Source: Octopus vulgaris
Lineage: Eukaryota
Length of the DNA: 64,000 nt
Assembly: GCA_951406725.2 (NCBI GenBank)
Contig: OX597823.1
Span: 32,860,001-32,924,000 of the forward strand
Direction of reading: 5' to 3'
The position numbers were made by a program, and so were the translations under genes. Positions 26,584-39,400 of the stretch are shown here, piece by piece; positions within the stretch are counted from its first letter, which is position 1, and each line of letters starts with the position of its first letter. The notes beneath the pieces were generated by a model. It was not told the origin of the DNA. It worked only from the letters and a program-made list of their open reading frames with translations, and did not search any database.

Positions 26584-27751
26584 CATTGTTTTACTGTCCA
26601 CTTTTCCATGCTTGCACAGGCTTTTCTATAATCAGATGCCCTTCCGGTTATGAATATACATTTGGAAACAATTGGGGTAATAATCTTCAAGTCTATTGAA
26701 CAGCAAACAGCCTGGACATGTTTACATGGAGAACCAGAAACAAACAACACTGCATGAACAAGATTTTTGTTTATAAAAATCATACATGTTCGAAAATATA
26801 AGGACACAGATCGTGTTGTATAGCCAGCTGGAGACTGTCTCCTGGGGCTAAATTACAGCAACATTCGTCCTAAACCAGGACTGCCATGTTATGTTGACAA
26901 ACAATCTTTACTCCAAAGTACTGTTGCTGAATATCTCTAGTTATGAGATTTACAAATAGTAATTTTCTAATGTCAAAACATATCAAGGGGCCTACAAAAA
27001 CCTTTGGTGATAGCTAAGTGAGCAAACACTTGTACATGAGGGAAATAAATTCACCCACACAAACGGCTTCTTTTCAGTTTCCCCTCTACCAAATCCACTC
27101 ACAATACTTTGGTTGATCCAGAACTATAGGAGAAATATCAATGTGTGACTGAACCCAAAATCATTTGGATGGTAAGTGAACTACACATGCACACGTGTGC
27201 ATGTGCACAGATAGTTTAAGAAGCTTGCTTCCCAACCACATGGCCTTCTTTCAGTTCCCATCTACCAAATCCACTCAGAAGGCTTTGATTGGCCTGTGAC
27301 TATAGTAGACACCTGCCCACAATGCCATGCAGTGGAAATGACCCTCAAAACCATATAGTTGAAAAGCAAAGTTATTAATTATACAGCCATGTACCAGATT
27401 TCATCTGATATAGTAGGGTGCTGCATACAACCTTTACAAGTCCTTAAAATCCAAGTGATAGAAAAGCAAACTTAATGAGCGAAGTTTGACAGAGCAAAGA
27501 CAGTCATAGAATAGGTGGAAGAGAAAAGGGGGACAGCTGGGTCAAAGATGAGTACTGAAAACTAAAGCTTTGCTTATCAGAATGATGTACTCCAGAATGT
27601 GATATATGCTGTATGATTAAAGAACACCCACATGTGTAGTGTTGTCTGAATTAACACTTTAAATACAATTAGATGAATGGTGAATGTAAAAGAATGGAAG
27701 TAAATAGTAACAGGCCATGTTATTAAACTACTACATATATAAAATACTTAC

Positions 27752-27785
27752 CCAACACACATTCCTTTTACTCCTTGTTCCCAAC
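27752..27785 (-). CDS. FKBP11: FKBP11-like exon 4 (GWEQGVKGMCVG), 34 nt
   Basis: Acceptor tttcttttcag|, donor TGG|gtaagt. Phases 1->2 match both neighbouring exons. Motif GWEQGxxGMCVG. Confidence 0.95.
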
Positions 27786-27863
27786 CTGAAAAGAAAAAGA
27801 AAATTGTTGAGAGTCTGTCAAATTCAGATTGTTACACACAGAGCGGGTACATAAGTGCAACAA

Positions 27864-28460
27864 TATCCCCAATGTATAAATGGGGTAATCTACTGCTGAA
27901 CTGTTGGGTAATCTACCAGAGAACCTTAATATCTCCACTATACAGTGGGACTAATCTACCAGAATATCCAAGTATCTTTGTTGTACAGTGGCATAAGTAT
28001 CTCCACTGAGCAGGGAGATAATCTACCAAAAATCTCTGCTGTACAGTGGGATAATCTACTAAATGATCCTGAACAGAGCTCACATTTTGCATACAGCAAT
28101 TGAAAGGATGAATAGTACAACCTGTACTGTGAATCTCAATTGATTGGGATCAATTGTTCAACTGCATTGAAGGTTAATCCACCAGAAGACCCTGGTATCT
28201 CCACTGTACAGTGGAGTAATCTGCCAGAGCCCTTAGTATCTCCATTGTACAGTGAAGTAATCTACAAGAGGGCCCTAGTGTCTCCACTGTACATGGTGCT
28301 GGCGGAAACCTAGTACCTATAATACACAGTGGTGGTAAGGTGCTAGTAAAACCATAGCACTTGCAACATTGTGGCAATATTGTTCTGGTGAAACCCTTTC
28401 TATCTATATTATAATGGTAAGGTACTGGTGGAACCCTAAATATCTACTCTAAGGTGGTAA
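27864..28460. repeat. Degenerate minisatellite (about 41-bp unit) containing the palindrome CTCCACTGTACAGTGGAG
   Basis: Units tatctccactgtacagtggagtaatctaccagag... recur from about 27864 to 28300 and then decay. Perfect 18-bp palindrome at 28199-28216. Confidence 0.75.
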
Positions 28461-30000
28461 GCATTGGAGAATCCAAGTTAGCAATGCTATTTTGGTTCAT
28501 GCTTATCTCAACACAATTTTTTAAACTCTATCTTTCACTCAGAATATCTTTTTCATATTCTTAACAATGTGACAGAAATAAAACCGAACACCCAGTCTTC
28601 ATCAATGTAACAGCACTTTATATGTTCATTAAGCCAGCTCATAATCTGACTCTAGAAAGTAATAACAATCTTCAGTGTATTACTGGTACCCATTTCATTG
28701 ATCAATGATTGTTGGTTGAAATAACTGCTGCCTCTTACAAAATGTTCATACTGTGATTGAAAACAAAAGATGCTAACACCCTCAAGGAAGGCTGAGAAAG
28801 GAATCAATAAATGTCACTAGAAATGTGATGCAGACAATGCAAAATCTAATGACCCAGTATTTAATGGTGTGTAAGCACTAATGATAAAATAAAAATTGAT
28901 CAACCCTAGCAGAATGAAAATTGAAGTCCATTTTGGTAAGAGCAATTAAGTACAAAAGTAGGAAAGCCTCTGATTTGCTCTACATCAGGTGATAGTATTG
29001 TTTTCTTCTTCAGATACAAGATAAATTCCCAACTGGTATACTAGTTGCTGTTTAGCCAAAGGTAAAGCCTGATTAAACAGAACTATCTATGGGAATTGCT
29101 GTATGATTGAGAAGTTCACTTTGCAACTATATGATGGTTCTGGCACCTTGGGCAAATATCATCTCTTGTAGCTTCAAGTTGACCTTATGAGTGAAATTTG
29201 GTCAACAAACTCTACAGAAGCCTCCAACAATTATTGATACTCTACAAAGCTTAAGGCCTACAATGGCGTTTACTCCCTTATCTAAGATGGTGTTGCTGCT
29301 GCACACACAGACATCATAGACTGCATTCAGAAAAGCCCCCTACTACCTACTTACCCCACCAACTAATTGACAAAGTCACTTACAGACATGCTTCAGCCTC
29401 TAGCCTACAAGTGTACTATCTTCCTTCTCTATCTTTTTTGCTGCTACCATAATAGCCTCTGCTCTTTGCAGCTGGTTGGGCTCACACCATCTCCACTCAA
29501 GCATTCTTGTCCCACTCATCATCTTCTCCTCTCCTTATCTTTGTTGTGTCCAATCCCCACACTAATAATTATGTCCAATCTTCCCTTCCCAGAAGATCAA
29601 CCATCTAGAATTCCCTCCATGTTCATGTCTCACCCACAAATGTTGTCTTGGAAAAGTTCAAAAGAAATATCAAAGACATCAATCTCAGCTGTCTGGAAGG
29701 GTCTGGCACTGGCACTTCCTCCTGACCCAGCAAGAAGATATGTGTGTGTGTGATTACAAGCTAAAAACAGGTGTTGTGTCCCTTTATGTCTCCTAACTCA
29801 GTGGTTTGACAAATAGAGATCAATAAAATAAGCACCAAACTAAAACAATCGCTGATCAATTAAAATCCTGGAAAGCAGTGTTCCAACATGGCAGCAGTCC
29901 AGTGACTTGAACCAAAGAATAAAAGAATTTCTATGATGAAAGACATTCCAACTATGACTACCCCGGCATTTTATAGCTATCTTGGACTACATTATACAGT

Positions 30001-30432
30001 GACAGGAATATTCAGCAGTCAGATCGCTACACCCAATGTCATGATTTGCTAGAATATTACCCATGTGATAAAAAAATATAACCAAGCACGACTTCACATG
30101 GAATAGACTCCAGCAATGATTTCATCTTTTGGCTTCTTTCTGAGCCTGTCATTATAAACTCAACATGCTTTAGCTGCTTAACGAGAAACACAGCAAAGAC
30201 AAGATGGCAGACAGGTGGCGAACAGCTGTTGATGCAAGCTGACAGCAGCTAAACAATGACGAATGCTGACAGCAACACTGGCACCAACCACTTTGTCATT
30301 GAAATCACACCAAAATCAATAAGTCAAACTCTCAATGTTTTGTTGTTTGTAATAACAAGAATATTTACTTTTTGTTTACAGGAAGAATAAAAATGTTGTT
30401 TATCACCAATCTCACAGATTCAGTGTTCTTCT
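30001..30432. mobile_element. Probable non-autonomous DNA transposon with a 9-bp TSD
   Basis: TTATACAGT at 29992-30000 and 30433-30441. Terminal inverted similarity is weak. Appears to interrupt a SINE-like sequence. Confidence 0.45.
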
Positions 30433-31563
30433 TTATACAGTCCTTATTGTTTTCTTTAAGGGGCCACAAGAAGATTTTACTGCTATTTCTAGCAAGTCAA
30501 ATAACCATATAGAGGGTTCCTTCCTCATTGGCTCATAATCATTTAAATTCCGAAGAGGGTTAATTTACTTTTCTAAGGGAGTTAATTCTTTTTACTAGGG
30601 ATTAAATTTTATGGGATATTTATTTTCCCAGTGAATCAGTATATTTTACTCAGGAGTTAATTTATTTTACAAAGAAGTTGTTTCACCAAAGAATTTCATA
30701 CAAAACCATATTTTTTGGCATGGAAGATGAAATTTTGCCGCAAAACAAAATCTTGAAAATTACCATGCAACTTCCATGATGACAGTTGAGAAGTTACTGC
30801 TGTGGTTTCCTTGAGTCTAACTGAAATCAGTTAGACCCAAGAAAATGAAAGGTGTCATTTCATAACTTAGCAATTGCAATTATTTTCTATGCTTTAAAAC
30901 ATTTTATTTAACTAATATTGTTGATATAATTACAATTACTCGCTAATTAAAAGAATAATCACAAGGCAAAGAGCATTGTGTTGTGTACTACAATAATATA
31001 TTACCCAGCAGCAGATCACCAGGGAGGTGGCCATTGTCTGGTGATCCCATTCAATACCAAACATGAGCACTCTGTTGGTTTGCCTGATAATTTTATCTGA
31101 TAACAAGTGTTTAGTGTATGCTTGCTGAACACTGCCCACTCATGTGAACAAGTCTATCACCATCATCATTATCATTTAAAATCCACTTTTGCCAGGCTTG
31201 ACAGAATTTGTGAAAGAGTTTCTACAACCAGATGCTCTTCCTATTGCCAACCCTCACCGGTGTCCAAGCAAGGTAATATTTCCGATGAAAGACTGGAAAT
31301 AAACATCATTTGTACCATGATGCTTGTTTACAACCATTACATGATGTCAACACACGGCTACATTCATGACACACTTACAAACACACACACATATATATAT
31401 ATATACATATACACATACAAACATAATGGTAAGTATAAACATTTTTCTTCCAAGAATTACATTTTCAAAATCAGAGAACATATTCCATGATGCAGTATCT
31501 ACCATGCTGCAAACTATGGTAAAAAAATAACATTATTAAAGAATTTAAAAAATGAAGTATTAC

Positions 31564-31657
31564 CAGGAATAACCATTGATTCTCCTAATATGAATTCTAC
31601 AGGGTTCTTATTCTGTTTTATTGAACTGTCAAATATTTCGCCATTCTCCAGGTATCC
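31564..31657 (-). CDS. FKBP11: FKBP11-like exon 3 (GYLENGEIFDSSIKQNKNPVEFILGESMVIP-G)
   Basis: Acceptor tatcttttag|, donor CCTG|gtaata, 94 nt. FKBP motifs GxLxxGxxFDSS and FxLGxxxVIPG. Confidence 0.95.
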
Positions 31658-32814
31658 CTAAAAGATAAAATTAAACAGGTGTATAATAACAACAACAACT
31701 TGTGATAAAGAGAAAAGAAAGGAGATGAAGAGACTCAATATTCAGTCATAATTTTTAAAGAACAACCTCAAAAATCTTATGTCATAATAATAATAATGGC
31801 TCAATGAACAGACTTAGAGAATGTCTTAAAACATGGGTCTAGTCTACTCAGTTGTTTTGTAGTCTCAGGTAGGTCCTGATCCAACAGACCTATAATAAAA
31901 GTTAGTTTGCATTACAGTAAAATAAAAAATCATGGTTTTATCAGAATATGAAGATGCCACAAGCGAGAGGTGTTGACTATCTCCAACAACTGAATAAAGA
32001 AGTCTCCACAACATTATGTATTTATTTTTCATCATCATCATTTAGCATTCCTTTCACCATGGGTTGGATGGTTCAATAAGAACAGATGACTGAGCAGGCT
32101 CTACCAGGTTCTATGTCTGCTTTGGAATGGTTTCTACTGCTTGATGCCATTTCTAATGCCAACCAATTAATAGAGTGTGTTGGATGCTTTTTATGTGACA
32201 CCAGCACTGGTAAGGTCACCAAGTACTTGTAGGATAAGATCTCTCATCTGGAGAAATAAGAAACTATGATGGAGGGAGAGAGGCAGGTGTCTTGCTGAAG
32301 AGGTGAACACATGGCTTGCTCACCTGGAAAGTGAGAGAAAATAGAAACATGAGCTCCAGGTCCAACATGAATATGAGACAGAGTAGGAAATGAACTGAGT
32401 GAAAAAAATAGTGTGGAAGATGATTAGAGATAGGGAATGAGTTGGACAGAGAGGATGTCAGTTCAGTGTAGCAGGAAGCAAAGAAAACAGAAGTTGTTGG
32501 GGAAGGCATGACAGCCTCAATTCTGCTGAGATGGATAGATCTTCTCGCTTGATATTTCATAACTAAATTTCTGGTGAAATGTGCTGCCTTTGTTTTAATA
32601 AGTTTTGAAACTAATAAAGTATTTGATAAAATAACTTTGTCATTAATTATCTGGTGTTTGAAATATAATATAGCATGAAATTCTGATGGAAAAACTTTAT
32701 TTAGATTAGTTTAAAACAGGAAAGTTGTTTCACAAAATCAGGGTGGTTTTGGGCAAGTTGGTATTGAAAGAGGTAAGCAAGAAAACATTTAAAATTCAAG
32801 AAATCTGTACTTAC

Positions 32815-32877
32815 TGTGTAATGTACAAACACCTGGTCTCCATTTTCAGCCACCTCTTCACATGTTTCTGGTTTGTA
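32815..32877 (-). CDS. FKBP11: FKBP11-like exon 2 (YKPETCEEVAENGDQVFVHYT)
   Basis: Acceptor tctcttgtag|, donor ACA|gtaagt, 63 nt. Carries the FKBP motif GDxVxVHYT. Confidence 0.95.
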
Positions 32878-32999
32878 CTACAAGAGATAAGATATAGTTG
32901 TCATTATAAAAGATTAATGATAGATAGTTAGAAGAGACTGATAGATTGAGAATGAAATCCTAAAAGTTAAATGGTTCATTAGAAGAGAAACACACACAC

Positions 33000-33550
33000 A
33001 GATGCTATTGTGGAAATAAAAAGAGAAATGAGCACTTGCAAATTTCATTCAATACTGACTGAGTCTCAGAATGAAAGTTCTGATGTGTCAGGCTGTTGTG
33101 CTTTTCACACTGCTCTCTGGCTGTGACAGGTGGACTGTGTTTCAACATCAACGACATAGACTAGTAAGACTTCCTCGTGCAAAACTACAATCAATCCTGA
33201 ACATAAATGAGATTGCCATTCCACAAACAACAAAGCATTGGCAAGAACAAAATATCTAAGAATCCAAACTATCATTGATAAACACCAACTTTGATGATAA
33301 GGGTATTTAAAAAGAATCCCAAATTAATTACACTATGTACTCTGAATTTACAGAAGATCATTGCCAGTGTACCAAAGAAATACTTTTATGACTATGAAGA
33401 TCATTCTCTTGGTCAACATCCAATTTAACCACTGGGAAAACAAAGCTGAAGACTCTAAGAACAGGAGGCAAGTATGCAGAGAGGATCCATTGGTGTCAGC
33501 CATATTTGACATCAAGAAGCCAAAGCATAAAGAATTAGGAGAAAAGAAAG
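33000..33550 (+). mobile_element. Degenerate RTE/BovB-like RT C-terminal fragment
   Basis: KVLMCQAVVLFTLLSGCDRWT...LQSILNI resembles the RTE motif KxxxYxAxVLxxLLYGxETW...LRxILxI. Confidence 0.6.
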
Positions 33551-33972
33551 AGCTTGATAATAAGTTCAGGGACAAGGGCCTTCTTGGTAAATGGCGTGTT
33601 GATTCTGTGCCCAACAATTTCTGAAACACTGGAAGGGACAGTCATAGAAAATGGAAATATCAACAACATTGAAGAAACCTTGGAAATATCTTTGACACTG
33701 AAGAAACACCAAGACAGTATATATGGCTCATGTAGTTATATAGTATCATTATTGTTGTGTTAACATCCACTTTTCCATGCCTGCATGGGTCAGATGGAAT
33801 TCATTTCATTGAGGCAGGTATTCCAGATGTCCTTCTTGTTACCAGACTCACTTCTTTCCAAATAAGATACTATTTCCCCATGACTTGACATGTTTTCATG
33901 GAAGATTGAAAATGAATGACACCACTTGTATAACTGTGGCACTTGTTTACAATATCAAAACAGAGGCACAAG

Positions 33973-34018
<46 letters not shown>

Positions 34019-34020
34019 TA

Positions 34021-35271
34021 CAGGGGTTGGACAAAATAATGGAAACACCTTAAAATTATTTTTTTAAATTATTTTAATATGGGGTAGGACCGCCTTTGGC
34101 CATAATTACAGCTTGAATTCTATGAGGTATGGACTCATCATACAAAGTTTGAATTGTTTCCAAAGGAATTCTTGTCCATTCTTCAGCTAAAACAGTCTCC
34201 AGCTCTTGTAGTGATGATGGAGGATATCGACTCCTTACTTGTTTTTCTAAAATGCACCATAAATGTTCAATAATATTGAGATCTGGGGACTGTGGTAGCC
34301 AGATAAGGTGTTCCACTTCAATAGAATGCTCTTCGTGCCATTCAGTTACAACTTTAGCTATGTGAATTGGTGCATTATCATCCAGAAAGATTTCTTTTCC
34401 CTATGGAAACAGTTCTGTAACTATAGGATGAATTTGATCAGATAAAATGCTTAAATAGTCTTGACTATTAATTGTGCCATGAAGGGAAACCATTGTGCTG
34501 GCGGATTTCCAAGATATAGCCCCCGCTCCCCAGATCATCACAGATCCTCCTCCATGTTTAATAGTTGGAAGAAGGTAATCTGGGTCAAATGCTTCTTTTG
34601 GCTGTCTCCACACATATATTTGGCCAGTGGTTGGAAATAAGGTAAAGGATGACTCGTTTGAGAAAATAACATTCTTCCACTGCTCTAGGGACCAATTCTA
34701 TAGGTTTTTGCTCTACTCTAAAAACTTTGCAATGTTTGTTTTTGAAAGTAGTGGTTTTCTGATTGCAGCTCTCCTGTGAAATCTGGTATTGTGCAGCTCC
34801 CGATGAACAGTTTTAGGAGAAACTGGGTTCTCGAGGTGGTCATTAAGCCCTGCAGTAATTTTGGGAGCTCTACTTTTGTGATCCTTTCTAACAATTCGCG
34901 TAAGAGTCCAACGATCCCCATCTGAAAGTTTTGGTTTTCTTCTGAAGTTTTGCTTCTCAAAGGCTGTCATTACTTTCGAGACAGTACTTCTTGATACACC
35001 GAACATTTCGGCTATTTTTGTTACACTAGCGCCTGCCATATGAGTACCAACAATTTGACCTCTTTGAAAGTCTGATATATCTGTCATTTTAATGAATGTT
35101 AATTACTTTCTTCTGATAATATCTGAAAAGAAGCAATTTTAGCAAAACATTTTAACCAACACTAATAATAAATCAAAACACAAAAATAAACAAGCTTTTG
35201 ACGCTTTTACAGATATTTCAAAATTATGATGCTACGACGCTAGGTGTTTTCATTATTTTGTCTAACCCCTG
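34021..35271 (-). mobile_element. Complete Tc1-family DNA transposon (1251 bp) with a frameshifted transposase
   Basis: 30-bp TIRs CAGGGGTTGGACAAAATAATGGAAACACCT match at 28 of 30 positions. TA on both sides. ORF pieces: 35087-34713 (HTH), 34613-34401 (TIKHGGGSVMIWG) and 34316-34074 (WLPQSPDLNIIEHLW...KGGPTPY). Confidence 0.95.
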
Positions 35272-35279
35272 TATTTATA

Positions 35280-36300
35280 TATAACTCACAGAAATTCCAA
35301 CTCTCTGAGTTTCACGTTTTATTTACAATCTTATAATAATATAATGAAATGAATATTAAATTTCCGTTCTGATTGAGCTAGTACTTTCATGCATTAAACT
35401 ATGCAATCTTCAGGTTCATGTAGTAGTGGTGACAGTTATGTTTTACAATTTACAACTGTAGCAAAATAGCTAAGATGTGTGCCTCAAATACATTTGTATA
35501 GGCTCCAGAATGTTAAGTTTTGCAAACTGTATTCTGACCAATCAGTGTGAGGCTTTACTAAATTACTTTAAATTGACTGGTGTTTGGTTTAGGCGTCATA
35601 GCTTGTTGAACATGTCAAGAAACCTGGAATTTATTAAAGAAGTTCTTTTTTCTGATTTTTCTCTCCATTTCACTAGGACTGTGTAGTTTGTAGAATGGAA
35701 ATATTATAAATATTTTCCGACCACATATTGCTAAATAGTTACTCAAAGGTATCTGAAGGACATCTGGGTCTTTAATTTGCTGCCAGTGCACACGAGAACA
35801 TTCTGATAGTGCATTTTCAGTCTGACCCACATATAGTTCTTCACAATTCAGGCATTTGAAGCAGGAAATTAATTTTCTACTTTTGCAAATCATATTTGTG
35901 TTTATGAATATTTTTCTAGTTTTTGTGTTCATATATTGGCCGGTATGCATGAATTGGCATGTGCCACATTGGTTATCATTGCATTTAGATACAGTGAATG
36001 ATTGGTCTTTGTTGCTAAGGTCAAACTTTGCCTTTGTTAATAATTTTAAAATATTTTTAGGCTGTCTTTTACTAAGAGCCATAGTTCAATCTCTGATTAT
36101 ATCTTTTAATTCATTACTTTGAGCAATGATTGGTAGGTTTGCTTTGGTAATGTTGAAGATATTCTTGTGACATGGGTTGTGTGTCACTATAAATGGTATG
36201 ACTTGTTCCTGTTTTCCTCTTCCTTGGGTTGTCCTCAGTTGTTGTATGTCTTCATACAAATTCAATGCAGTTATTGTTGAGAAACTTTTCTCTTATGGTA
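35280..36300 (-). mobile_element. Penelope-like element 3' part (Neptune-type: CxxxxCxxC linker plus GIY-YIG) with pLTR
   Basis: ORF 36082-35615 contains KCNDNQCGTC...LISCFKCLNCEELYVGQT..LSECSRVHWQQI. The downstream pLTR contains a hammerhead and AATAAA and ends at (TA)n. Confidence 0.85.
35374..35418 (-). ncRNA. Minimal type-I hammerhead ribozyme motif in the PLE pLTR
   Basis: UGAAC-CUGAAGA-U-UGCAU-AGUUUA-AUGCA-U-GAAA-GUAC-UA-GCUCA. Core intact, palindromic AGUACU in place of stem III, stem I 4/5 paired. Confidence 0.8.
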
Positions 36301-36429
36301 AAAAGGTATGAAAACCAAACATATATTGACAAAGTACCTGACTTGATACACCTCCCAGATGAGTGCTACTTGTCAGTGATAATAGAGGGTAGAAAGCCAG
36401 ATGTCACTTAAAGGCTTTCTGCCCTCAAA

Positions 36430-39400
36430 AAAAGACAAACTGTCCACTGCTGCCAACACCACAAACACAAAGTCCAGTAGAAGCACTAAGGACTCCAACA
36501 TTCACACCCAAATGAAAACAATGAAAGCGTTTACTCATGGCTCCCATGGAAAAGCAAGCTTCTTCTGAATGTCCTGCTCCCCAAACCAACAACAGCAATG
36601 ACATGGAGAGAGAAGAGTAGGCCAAAACTTGGATTACAATCACAAAAGGAAGCATACAAAATACAGGGAGGGTACATATCCCTATTCCAAGAACACAGCA
36701 AAAACAAACACAGAAACCACAACTGCAGCCCAATTCACAACCACAACATCATCAAAAAGAAAACAAAGAAACAATCAATAATGAAACTGCGTAAACAACA
36801 AAATATTTAAAACTGTATGCAAAATACATCCATCAACTTCACTGTTGTGAACAAAAACAGTGAATTGATGGATTATGTGTATCAAAATAAAAACAAAATT
36901 GAGGCAGAGGGAAAGGAATTTTAGGATGAAATCCTCAAAACCCCAAAGGACAGATTATTGATAAGAATGTCCGCACACATTTAAAAATCAATTCAGGAAA
37001 AATTCTCAGCTAGTTGAAATTTTTAAGTAAATAATGAACAAAAGGCTTTTAAAAGGACTTTTTGAAAATATTCACCAGTAGAGAGGTCCAGAACATCCAG
37101 GTTTCTTGAGAATCAAGGTAAGTGACCTTTTTTTTTTAATTCAAACTAGCATAACTATGCTGAGAGTGAGGTGTGTGAATGTGCATGGCCTGGGGTCAGC
37201 TTGGAAGCAAGGTCTAGACATGAGCAGCAGAACAGTTGTCGGAGGACTGTAAGATTAGTGGTCGTTTACACCTCAACTGAAAAGGGCAAGCCAGATTTCT
37301 TCTGGCAACTGGAGATATCTCTAAGAATATCTCAATGATTAATGTTAGTAAGTGACACGGATTGATTGTGTGGGTGTGGCCCATAGAAGGAGTTGCAAAT
37401 CTTCACAAGCACTTCCAACTGTTTGATATATTTCATTTGCCAAATATACCGATATGGACTTGGCCTACTCACAGCAGATCATCATCTAGTTCATATTCAG
37501 AGTGAATTTCCATTAGATTAACAAGATTAACATAAATTATCCACAGTTTTTGATAGCTACAACAAACTCATGACCTCTATAGTCAACTTAGAACAGACCA
37601 ACAGACAGAGGTCTTGTTTCTGAATACTAAGTGCATCCTTTCCAGTACAGAAACATTTCAGAGACTAAATCATTGAATCAGTTAAGCAGGAATAGACAGA
37701 TACCACCAGCTGGTGAGCCATGCAAAAGTGAAAATTAGAATAACATCAGTTAGATTTAGTAAATAGGTAGCTACAGAGAATAACATAATATAGAAGGAAT
37801 TAGCTTGTTGTTTAGAAGAAGTTTGTGTAAGGGGTATTGCAAAGAATGTGCCAGTGAGTGGCTATAATCATTTGTTCAAGGTGAATTGCAAAGGATGCAT
37901 TATCCATGCTAAGGTGCATCAAAACATGAAAGTACAAAACCTGTTCAATGAGGCCAGGTGGTGGAAGAGCAGTGTGGCATCAAAGCCAGAATTCTATCAG
38001 TGGGTGCAAGCTCTCCATTCCCAAGCAAAGGAGTGCGATATTCCAGTACCGTTTTGCTGAATTGTTCTCAATGAATGGTAAAGTGAAAACAGGGGGCAGT
38101 TTTGATGTCTACCACAATGGTTTACCATGACTGTTAAGTGCTGCAAAAAGTCAATTTCAGCTGACATGTTGAGACTCTGTGAGGTGTAGATCATCAAAAT
38201 TTGATGGTCTACTCTACAAACTCTCTTTCCACATGCCAGACTTGTTTGTTCCTGTTTTGGCTGCCATCTAATGTCGATAGCATTCCCAGTCAAGTTAGGT
38301 GGCGACTGATGACGCTGATGAGGAAGGATTCAAGTAAGAAGAATGTGATTTAAAATTTCAGTCTCAAACTCAATCTCATACACAGCTAGAGATTGTGGCA
38401 AAGCTACTTGCCAAGAGGCTGGCATTTAGCATTGAGAGTGTAGCTAGGGAAGTGCAAAGTGGTCTTTTTCCCAGTAGACTGATCCACAACAACCTATACC
38501 TTATGTAATGCATTATAGAGTGGGTTGAAAATAGATCAGGCTTTGGCAGGGTTCTGGTCAATTTGGATCAGTCCAAAGTACTCAACAGAATCAACTATTG
38601 GTGTCTGGCAGTTGTCCTTGAATCAGCTGGTTTCAATCCTCTCTTCAGATGTTGGATCACTGCAATGTACAGCAGACTCTGTTTGGTGGTCAAACTAAAT
38701 GGCCACTTCTCAGAACCATTCAGCATTGAATGCTTCATCTGTTAAGGATATAGTCTTCCCATTCCTGAATGTTTTGGTATTGGAGTCGTTGTTACAGAAG
38801 ATAAAGACTTTGAAAGGCATCGTACCTGAACTGAATCACAGGAGCGTCATGTCTTCATACACAGACAACATCACTGTCATTGTATCAGAGACTTCACAGT
38901 TAAAAGCAGTCAACACTATAGCAGAGGAATACCAGGGGTGTACAAGAGCATACATCAACAGGGATAAACTGGTGGGCTTGCAACACAGCATGTGCAGAGA
39001 AAAATTCATGCTGACCAAAAGTGATTTCTATCACTGATCTGAGGACCTGGTCAAGGTGCTCAGAGTGACTCAAACCAGAATTCCATGAATAAGAACTGCA
39101 AAGCAGTTGCAAGCAGGGTAACCATTCTCACACAGAAATGTGCCAAGAGGAAGCTTTTCCTGAAAGATCAAGCAGAAGTCACTAATGCCTATATCACCCA
39201 ACATGTGATTGTTGTACCTTTTCTGAAGAAACATCTAACCAGAGTGGCATGTATGCATTTCTGCTTATGGAAGGGAAAGATTCCACTTATCAGGAAATTC
39301 ATCTGCTCCCAATACCCACTCTGTGATGGTCCCAGGATGCTATCACTGTGCAGGCACACAGTGAGGTTAACCAGAAATATATGGACAACTTCAATGATGA

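Noticed and set aside
27864-28460. Palindromic repeats as a CRISPR array
   Set aside because: Degenerate tandem minisatellite without unique spacers.
38306-38322. Two CTGATGA matches (also at about 43969 and 56013)
   Set aside because: No stem II or GAAA partner. The pair near 38306 lies within LINE coding remnants.
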